The notes under the pieces are model-generated. The model saw only the letters and a list, made by a program, of their open reading frames with translations. It did no database searches and was not told where the DNA came from. The position numbers and the translations under genes were made by a program. This document shows, piece by piece, positions 49,955 to 59,085 of a stretch of DNA of 64,000 bases (positions are counted from its first letter, which is position 1; each line of letters begins with the position of its first letter). Source of the DNA: Guillardia theta CCMP2712 (taxonomy: Eukaryota; Protista; Cryptophyta); NCBI RefSeq assembly GCF_000315625.1, contig NW_005434598.1, positions 230,942 to 294,941 on the forward strand. The letters are read 5' to 3'.

Positions 49955-51838
49955 CTACTTCCTTGTATAGCCTAGCAACTCGAAATCGTCCTTGTAACCG
50001 TGATAGATCTCTTCCTCTACACGCCCTGTGATCGTCTCAAAGTCTTTCTGTTTCTCCTTGATATCCGGTGAAGCGTTCTGCACAACAAAATTTCCCTCAA
50101 GGAAGAACTGAGTGAGATTGTGATTGTTGATCCGATGGAGAATCGTCATGACGTCTTGATGAAAGTTTTCAAGTCTCCCGATGAAATCAACGACGGGGCA
50201 GAGATTCTTGGTGAAGAGAAAGTGAGTTTGGGGCAACCAATGCATTTTCATCACCCTCGTTGACAACGCACTCTTATTCAAGACCCACTCAGCGAACGAT
50301 ACCTGTTTGCCTGTTAGGAAGGCTGGAGAGACAGCCATCTGGTACATGCTGACTGCTCTGCGATATGGATCTCTGACGAAAGAGAAGCGAAAGTGATCAG
50401 GAAAGTCAAGAAACGCTCTTTTGCACGGCAGGAGAACGAACTTGGTCTTATCGCATTCTTTCCTGTCTCTTCCACAGTAGAATCGGTTGATGAAGGAGTC
50501 CCAAGAAGACCCTCCTGACTTCAACACGTGCATGTAGATGAAGTTGTCGAGGAGTGACACGATGCACTGAAGAACAAGGCAACCGTCACAAAGCAGCAAG
50601 AGAGGAGGGGAGAGAGGATGAAAGAGAGGAATTGAGATGTAGGGGAGGGAGAGGAGAGGAATGGAGATGGAGAGACGAAGACAGATAAGTTGGGAAAGGG
50701 AAGGAGGAGGAGTAGGAGGAGGAGGAGGGGAAGGAGGGGGAGGGGAAGGGAGTCTCAAGATAACCTGCGCGTTGAAATTGAAACGAGGATAATGAGATCG
50801 GCTGTACCCAAAAGGATGTCGGATATTTCCGTAAGCAAAGCTTTGATCGCGGTAGACCCGAGGTTCACAGGGCCTAATTTCACATACTTCATGTCCTACA
50901 GAGAAACAAGTTTCATTTCTGTCTATTGTGTTCATGGACAAGTTTGCAAACTGGTCGGGCTTGTAGCCAAACGTGACAAAGTCTTCCTTGAAAATGTCGT
51001 TGAACCAGGTCATGGTATCCATGTCAACTTGATTTCCCTGCACCAGGTTGACAGCGGAAATGTAGGATTGCTGAAACCTGTTCATGATGAATGCTTTGTG
51101 AAACTCAAAAAACTTGACGAGATGCCAGCTATCAATGTACTGCAAGACGCTCTTGAAGTCAAGATCAAAGTTTTCTGCCCTGATGATGAAGTTCACTGTT
51201 GAACAACCATCTTGGTCCAAGATTTGATAGTGCTGGGCCTGCAAACTAACTGTGGACCTCCTCTCCTTCAGATGATCTTTCCGCTTGTAAACATCGAGCA
51301 ACGTGTAATGAGGATGACTCAGGATTGCAAACCTGAAGAATTGAGGGTACTTCAACGCTTGTTCCAGGCAATCGGTCACTTGAAATTCAGAATCCTTACA
51401 CTCTGATCCTTGACAGAAAGCACTCCGAAGAAAGTTCAAGATAAGCTGAGAGAACGAGCCATCGGTGATCTTGAAGATAAAACGCCTGCGAACTGAAACT
51501 GCACACTTGTCCCTTTGCCTCCTTCCTCCTTCCAACGTGTCGTTCAGCATGCTGCTTGTGATATGCCCTAAGGGAAGCGCAAGTGCAAGAGAAGTGTTAA
51601 AGCGACATGAACCCGCAGCAGCGATCGAGAAATTTCTTTGTGCCAAGGATGAATTTTTCATCTCCCTCACCTTTGAGCAGCCTGACTGCAACGATCTTCG
51701 CACTTGCAATGCTCGCATCTGTACGATTCGGAGTTTCCTCCTCACGTTCAACGAGTCCACCACGACGAAATGGGAGATGTAGATGACCAAACAACTCAAG
51801 AAGACAGCACAAAGAGCTCCATACTTCCAGTGCACCAT
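49955..51838 (-). CDS. Type II membrane sulfotransferase (Sulfotransfer_2) with two tandem domains; probable 198-nt in-frame intron 50567-50764
   Basis: N-terminal TM helix. Domain 2 has FIYMHVLKSGGSS, FSFVRDPYRRAVSMY, HWLPQ, DFIGRLENF, YKDDFELLGY. Domain 1 retains QAQH..NFIIRAENFDLDF and FKEDFVTFGY. Confidence 0.88.
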   Translation of the reverse strand: MVHWKYGALCAVFLSCLVIYISHFVVVDSLNVRRKLRIVQMRALQVRRSLQSGCSKVREMKNSSLAQRNFSIAAAGSCRFNTSLALALPLGHITSSMLNDTLEGGRRQRDKCAVSVRRRFIFKITDGSFSQLILNFLRSAFCQGSECKDSEFQVTDCLEQALKYPQFFRFAILSHPHYTLLDVYKRKDHLKERRSTVSLQAQHYQILDQDGCSTVNFIIRAENFDLDFKSVLQYIDSWHLVKFFEFHKAFIMNRFQQSYISAVNLVQGNQVDMDTMTWFNDIFKEDFVTFGYKPDQFANLSMNTIDRNETCFSVGHEVCEIRPCEPRVYRDQSFAYGNIRHPFGYSRSHYPRFNFNAQVILRLPSPPPPSPPPPPTPPPSLSQLICLRLSISIPLLSLPYISIPLFHPLSPPLLLLCDGCLVLQCIVSLLDNFIYMHVLKSGGSSWDSFINRFYCGRDRKECDKTKFVLLPCKRAFLDFPDHFRFSFVRDPYRRAVSMYQMAVSPAFLTGKQVSFAEWVLNKSALSTRVMKMHWLPQTHFLFTKNLCPVVDFIGRLENFHQDVMTILHRINNHNLTQFFLEGNFVVQNASPDIKEKQKDFETITGRVEEEIYHGYKDDFELLGYTRK

Positions 51839-52476
51839 ACTGAACAGCTCGTGGCTCGACTAGACTCTTAGAACAGGATCATTACATGCAACTTTTACCA
51901 TCTTCACAGGATTTTCACAGTGGAGTAATATAGTGAACAGAGGAATGAAAGAAAAGATAGGGCACAGGGAAGCAAGGGATCAGATGAGGTCAGGATCTTC
52001 TCCTCCTCTTCATGTCTTCATGCATGTGCGAAGAGGACCAGCAAGTCTCTGCATCGCTCGCTCTCAACCTGGGGAGGCTGCATGGATGCACAAGGCGGTG
52101 CACGCTTGTCAACTATCCAATAAAATTGAAAATCTAAATTTGGAAAATATGATGAAGATTATGTAATCAATTTGAAGTTTACCTGATAGTAATTCCAGTG
52201 TGAAACTTGGGCTCAAAAATCGACTTGAAAATAAAAAGGTAATAAGGTCGCCGCCCAACAAGTGAGGGGGTGGGTGGTTCTGAGGCTCAAGTGAACTGGT
52301 ATGCTTCATTTTCATAGGTCTCCAAGAGGGTTTCGAGCAGGGTTGATGGGGTCCCAGGGTTTCAGGATTCACAGAGGTCTGTCCGAGGACTCTACCTTAG
52401 TCAGGCAGGGGGTGGGTACTGGGCCATTACCGCACTGAGACTTCACCCGCTTCAAGACTCTTGTGAGCCCTCACTA

Positions 52477-52511
52477 GTCCTCGTACTGATTTTAACTTAA
52501 CTTTGAGTAAA
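52477..52511 (+). repeat. Conserved intergenic junction motif, copy C (35 bp)
   Basis: GTCCTCGTACTGATTTTAACTTAACTTTGAGTAAA. Confidence 0.85.
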
Positions 52512-53642
52512 GAGACAGTCAAACTGACTCGTGAGTGTCGGTGTGAAGGGTCCCCGACACCGTACCGTACGGAGTACGGTCTGACTCGGACTGCCCGGCC
52601 CGGGCCGCCCGGCCCGGTCACCTCAGTACTCCGAGGCTCAGAGCGTGAGCGAGGGGGACTCCGAGTGGCAGGGAGTCACTGGGACGCCCGGCACGGTGAC
52701 CGCCGGGGGGGGGGGGGGGGGCCGGCGGGGCCCGGGGAATCATTGAATGCCGTCCGCCGAGTCCGGCGCCGGGCGGCGTGACTCGCCGAGACTCGGTGAC
52801 TCGAGTCAGCGGCTTAGTACCGGCTCAGGGCCCCGGTGACGGACCGGGAGCCTCGGAGGCTGTCACAGTGAATGTCACCCGACCCGGTGACCCGGCGGTT
52901 CTGGCCCTGCCGGCGTGATCGGCCCCCGACCGTCCGGCCCAGGGACTCTCACGCCGGGCCGCCCCGCCGCCCGGGCCGGCTGAGTGATCCTGACTCAGTC
53001 ACCCGACTAACCGCCGTTAACTTAGTAACCGTTCCGACAGGTGTGCCAACTTGGCAACGGTTGAGTAATAATAAAGCCTTGAAAGAGCCTTGAGTGTGCT
53101 CAACCGTCGGTCTTATTAGCCAGTCGCTGACCCTGCAGATCCGCTGCCCGGTCACCATCTAGTGCCGAAACCGTTGAGAAATGACGTGAGGGTTGAAGGC
53201 TGGTCACGTCACGGTGATCAACGAGCAGAGGCAGCACTGAATGTTATAGTGAAGATATCACTGCCTTGATGGGAGAGTAGGACCAAAAGTGAGGCGGGCT
53301 GGATGATTTGGTGGTCAGAGAGTCAAAACAGATCTCGGACGCCAGTGGAGGAATGAGGGAGGGGAGACGGGGAACAGCCCCCTGATGTGGGGGAAGACTC
53401 TCCTCCCCCGTACCCGTTATCTTGAACATCCTCTCATCATCCTCTCATCATCTTCCCACCCTCCTCCCACCCTCCTCCTCCTCCTCCCACCCTCCTTGCT
53501 CCGAGCACCCTTACTCACTCCTGACATAGCACATCTCTTTCCTGGCATCTAATTGAGCACAAGCCATGGGGTGTGCATATTGCGCATATTGTGGCACTCC
53601 CTTCACTCCCGTAAGCTCTCTCAATGTATCCTCCCCTCTTCC

Positions 53643-53926
53643 TCCCTCTCCTACCCCCAAGCTCCTCTTCGACCTCTTCTTCGGATCCTCCCCGACCCCC
53701 TGCATCGTCTCCGATACCTCCAACCTCCTCCTCGACTTCACCGCCCTCCCCGACCCCTCCAGCGGGGGCGAGTGGGTGGACGACTTCGAGGGCCTGGGCT
53801 TCATGCGAGCGCGGTCCTCGCGTACGACAACGGGGCACTACATCGAGGCGAGGACAGACGATGAGGACGAGCAGGGCGTGGGAGCGATGGATCGAGCTGA
53901 TCACAAGGCGAGGAGCCGACGAGGCA
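53643..53926 (+). repeat. Dispersed orphan-exon repeat, copy 1
   Basis: Encodes LLFDLFFGSSPTPCIVSDTSNLLLDFTALPDPSSGGEWVDDFEGLGFMRARSSRTTTGHYIE. Confidence 0.9.
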
Positions 53927-54638
53927 GAGGATGAGGGTAATTGCATGAGGAGTAGGGAGTGGTGGAGGGATGTAGAATGGATATGATATGTTAGTGGTAT
54001 TATACACACGAATAAACACTTGAAAGATTGTGGAAACATCATTACACAACTCAACACACTCTTTTGGCTGGATCACACTATATTGTATGCTTGTGATGCT
54101 GGGCAAGCGTTCAATACTACATGAATCTCCTTTCTGTAAAGGTTCTGCTCCTAATCCTACGAGCCTGCTTTGCTAGGGCTTTTACAACCGTGTACATAAT
54201 GGTATCATGTTTGCTACAGCTGAGAGAAAAGCAGACGCTGCCATGGTGTAGATGCTGTACGAGCAAGCCCGTTGCACTCGTGCAATCTGTCGCTTCATCT
54301 CAAAAAAAGTCATGATCATGAACCTTTGATATGATCCAAGGATGACGAGGATAACGATGATAAAACAATCAAGATTACAATACAGCAACCTCGTGGAAGA
54401 GAAGACAGGATCCGAGTATGTTTGAGATGGTAAAGGGCTTTCTCATTTCCCTCATCTATTCAATCACATCTCATAGAAATCTGTGGCACCAACCAACGTA
54501 CTTGTTTTCTCGTCAGATAAGCTTCTTATCTCCTACAGGCTGCCCCTGCCTGTTCTCGTCAACCTTCTTTCCCATCTCAGATCCTTCAAGGTCTTCACTT
54601 GCTTGCCGTGCAGGGCCCCATGAGTTTCTACAGATAAC

Positions 54639-54850
54639 CCTCGCCTCGATGTAGTGCCCCGTTGTCGTACGCGAGGACCGCGCTCGCATGAAGCCCAGGC
54701 CCTCGAAGTCGTCCACCCACTCGCCCCCGCTGGAGGGGTCGGGGAGGGCGGTGAAGTCGAGGAGGAGGTTGGAGGTATCGGAGACGATGCAGGGGGTCGG
54801 GGAGGATCCGAAGAAGAGGTCGAAGAGGAGCTTGGGGGTAGGAGAGGGGG
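54639..54850 (-). repeat. Dispersed orphan-exon repeat, copy 2 (inverted)
   Basis: Reverse complement of the copy 1 core. Confidence 0.9.
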
Positions 54851-55540
54851 GGGAGAGAGGGAGAAGTTGAGTATACCATCAAAGCAGAGTAGAGATGAAG
54901 ATAAGGGAAAGAATGTGTGAGTGAACGAAGACTTTGTCCGGGCTAGTGTGGGCGAGGAATGAATAGAGCAGGAGGAGAGATTCGACTGAGGATTGGGGAA
55001 TGATGGGTAGATGGGAGGAAAATACAATCTCGAGGATGAGAGTAATTCCTGCAGGAGATCGGGGCAAGTAATGTAGATCAACATGTACGGATTACAGCGG
55101 TAGTAAAGTAGCTATTATTCCTTTATGTGTGGAGATTGCTGACGGCCTCTGGTGGCGTCCGGGATCTCCCAGCCGCAGTTTTGTCTTCTTCGCAGTGTTG
55201 CTCCTGCGAGTTCGCCTCGGGGAGATTCTTAGGGCAGCAAAGAGAACTTAGCCCTGGAGCCCAATACTTCAACCCTTAGACCCCGGGCAGTGGGTGACAG
55301 TTGGATTGTGACGTGATCACTTGCAGGGCTACCGCAGGGTCAGCCGATTGTCTCAGTCGTCTTATTACAATTACACCTACACCTCCTCCCTCCTCCTCCG
55401 TTTCTGCCTTAACTCATCTCTAAGCCTCCTCCTCCGCTCTCCATCTCCCTCGCCTCCTGCCCTCGCTCTCAATTTCAATCTTTCTTCCACTCTCCATGCG
55501 CACGAAATTGACTTGCAAGAAATCCCGTTCTTCCCCCCTC

Positions 55541-55826
55541 CCTCCCTCTCCTACCCCCAAGCTCCTCTTCGACCTCTTCTTCGGATCCTCCCCGACCCCC
55601 TGCATCGTCTCCGATACCTCCAACCTCCTCCTCGACTTCACCGCCCTCCCCGACCCCTCCAGCGGGGGCGAGTGGGTGGACGACTTCGAGGGCCTGGGCT
55701 TCATGCGTGCGCTGTCCTCGTGTACGGCAACGGGGCACTACATCGAGGCGAGGACGGACGACGAAGACGAGCAGGGCGCGGGAGCGATGGATCGAGCTGA
55801 TCACAAGGCGAGGAGCCGACGAGGCG
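55541..55826 (+). repeat. Dispersed orphan-exon repeat, copy 3
   Basis: Same core, RALSSCTAT variant. Confidence 0.9.
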
Positions 55827-56413
55827 GGCAGGCATGAATGATTGATATTTTGCCATTGACTGTTGGTTTAGACACTTGATTCCTGCAAAGCTTTCCCGAT
55901 ATCCTGCCCACCGTCGTGCCTAGTTCCGCCGTAGCGCAGCGACTTGCTGCTTCTGTTGAAGAAGAAGACTGTCTAGAAAACAAGGATGTTAATCCGCAAG
56001 ACCGAGGACTGCGGGTGCCTCCGGTCGGTTTAGGAGCTAGTAGTAGAGCGACAAGAAACCAACAAGAAAGTGGCTGGCCTGCCTCCAAGGAAGCGCACTA
56101 GTTATTGCTGCGGAATGATTGCAGAACCAAGTTCTTCCTAGGGTCAGCCCTCGGACCGTCCGTGCCCGTATCAAAGACGGTCACTACTGTCACTCTCAGT
56201 AGTACCAAAGGTTCAGGCCGGACTGCCTTTCACAACAGTTTCCTCGGAACTTCGGAATCGACCACGGCACGGTACCCAGGCGGCAACTCCCGGACGGAGC
56301 TGGCACCTGGCAGTGAGCCGGGGACGGAGGCCCTGAGGGTCACCAGTGATCAACACGATAGCCAGTGCAAGCCTTACATGCCTTGAAGAGCGGGCAAGCC
56401 CCGGGTCTGTGAC

Positions 56414-56500
56414 TGTGAAGTATCCCTTTTACTCAAACTTGTGTGAAGTATCCCTTTTACTCAAACTTGTGTGAAGTATCCCTTTTACTCAAACTTGTGT
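56414..56500. repeat. 28-bp tandem repeat x3 (TGTGAAGTATCCCTTTTACTCAAACTTG)
   Basis: Units start at 56414, 56442 and 56470; no spacers. Confidence 0.95.
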
Positions 56501-56687
56501 TAAATCGGAACGCCGGAATACAATCAGACTCAACTGAGAAGAGTCGAGGGGGCTTGACCCTGGGACTTCTCGGAGAAAAGACAGGACTGAAAGTATCAAA
56601 GTAGCTCCTCTTTCATAATCAATAAAGTGGACTAAACTTCAAAGAAGTTGATACTGAGATTGAGAGAGTCATCAAGACATGCCAACT

Positions 56688-56738
56688 GGAGTATCCGAGG
56701 CTTTATTGTATCCGAGCCAATAAAGCCTCGGATACTCC
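56688..56738. repeat. Perfect 21-bp inverted repeat, 9-nt loop
   Basis: GGAGTATCCGAGGCTTTATTG-tatccgagc-CAATAAAGCCTCGGATACTCC. Confidence 0.95.
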
Positions 56739-57409
56739 TCGGATAGTTCCGAGCTCCGGTCACTTTCAAAGTTTAGTCAACATTAAGTCTTCGTCGGGTC
56801 AAGCCGCCGCCACTCGAGATTGAATCTTAAATGTGTTATAGCGCCGGCACGGAGTCGTGAAATGGAGTCTTTTCGTAGACTCACATACCACCCCTAGCTC
56901 CCATGCCCCACTCAGGCTACCATCCCGGCCTCCGGCCTCCGGCTCTGACTGTCACGAAAATCTCGAGATTTGACTGGTAGCCCGGACACATAAAGAATCC
57001 CTGCGATCTCCCGAAGAAGTGTTAAAGGATACCGATAGTTAAGACCGCCCTCACTCTACAACTCGTCCCATCCCCTCGCAGACTCTTCAAGTATTGCTCG
57101 TGTCCCACCCTCCTCTTGCTCCTGCCCCACCGCCCTCCTCTTGCTCCTCCTCTTGCTCCTCCTCGTCTTTGTCTACCTCGTAATACATTTCCCACTCTCC
57201 CCTCCTGTTACTGATCATCTCCGCGTCTGCCTTCTAACTCGCTGCCTCTCTTCTTGAAAGCAACTTTCTTGATCATCAATCTTCTTCATACAATTTCAAC
57301 TTGCTTCGCTTCTCTATTCATCACCCGCAAGACTGGGATACTCCACAATATCCGAGCAATCATGTCATTCTTACAAGCCTCCTCGCCAAGCTGCCTCCAT
57401 TCCTCCTCT

Positions 57410-57635
57410 CCTCCCTCTCCTACCCCCAAGCTCCTCTTCGACCTCTTCTTCGGATCCTCCCCGACCCCCTGCATCGTCTCCGATACCTCCAACCTCCTCC
57501 TCGACTTCACCGCCCTCCCCGACCCCTCCAGCGGGGGCGAGTGGGTGGACGACTTCGAGGGCCTGGGCTTCATGCGTGCGCTGTCCTCGTGTACGGCAAC
57601 GGGGCACTACATCGAGACGAGGACAGACGACGAGG
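57410..57635 (+). repeat. Dispersed orphan-exon repeat, copy 4
   Basis: Same core, RALSSCTAT variant. Confidence 0.9.
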
Positions 57636-59085
57636 AAAGGTCTTGGGTTTCTGAAGGCGAGCAATGCGAGGCCGGGGTGCAGCTGGAGCGAACGAATCAT
57701 AAAGGGAGGAGACTGTTAGAGGAAGCATTGCCAATGCGCAAGGAGAAACGGGGAGGGCGGGTGTGACTGAGTAGCCGCTGAGAGGATTCATGCGTTTGGA
57801 ATTAAAATCGTTAGCACTGTTGCTGGAAGTGAACTTACTTGAAGTCTGAGAGCTCATGAAGAACGATGCAACTTGTCCGATCACCTCGCACTGCTAATGG
57901 CATGGCCTCGCATTCTACTGCCATCATGATGCCGCCGATTAAATACCCGACGGCGAGGCACCGACCTGTCAGTTGCCAAGGCTCGCTGGGCGATCAACTT
58001 AGTTGACTTGAAGTTCCGAAGTTCTCGCCGCGCGATGAGGTGCCCCCGCCCGGCCGCGTTATCACTGAGTCATGCCCGGGGGGGGAAGCGTCACCGTGCT
58101 AGCGGCAGTACTACCCGTAGGCTAGCTCATGTCCGATCCGGGCCGGAGTCCGATCAAAAAGCGTTGTCACCCGGGCCGATCCGCCGGTGACTGGCATCAT
58201 ACGGTAGTACTACACTGCCAGTGAGTCACCGTGACACAGTGATTTCGCAAGGATTCGCTGTCCGATCGGGCCGGGCGGTCGCCGGCTGACCGGCCGGGCC
58301 CCAGAATCGTGGCATCGAGTCCGGCGTTCTGCCACGGCGTCACGTAGTAGTAGTATGCCGGCCCGGACTCACTGAGTCAGTGATCCAGGCTCTGCCGTAC
58401 TACTAGTGAAGGTATCAGTTAAGTTTGGGGGACAGCAGTTGGCAGGAATAGGTTTGGAGTGCGACAGTTGTCAGGGTCAAGCCTCCTAACTTTGAGTAAA
58501 CATGTGACGACAGCCACTGAGTCACGGTGATGTCCGATCCGTGGGGCCGGGCCCCGGCCGCGCCCGGCGCCCCGGCCGGGGCCGGCCCGCGAGCCTTACT
58601 AGTCACACGCGGCAGCCGCTGAGTCACAGCCCGGTGGCCCGTGGCAGTGGCACCCCATCTGACTCACAGAGTCAAAACCGGGCACACCCGCCAAGCCCGG
58701 CCCGGGACTCAGCGCCGCGGCGGGTCTAGGCTGCCGCACGCGGCCCGGGCCGGCCCGAGCACTGAGTCACAGTGGGTGAGTCAAACCGGGTGGGGAAATC
58801 TGTTCTGAGGCGGCTTGGAGCATTGTGGATGGCGATGGCAAGGAGAAAGGTGGCGATGGCGTCGCCTCGCACCACCACCACCTCCTCCTCCTCTTCCTCC
58901 CCCTCCCCCTCCCCCTCCCCCTCCCCCTCCTCCTCCCCCTCCTCCTCCTCCTCCTCCTCCTCCTCCTCCTCCTCCTCCTCTTGATGATGACGACGACAAC
59001 GACGACGACGATGACGGCAATAAGAACAACAAGAAACTATTCTGGGGGGGCGGATAAAGACTGATTGATGGAATGAATCGTAGAA

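Noticed and set aside
56414-56500. 28-bp repeats as a CRISPR array
   Set aside because: Units are contiguous with no spacers, there are no cas genes, and the context is eukaryotic
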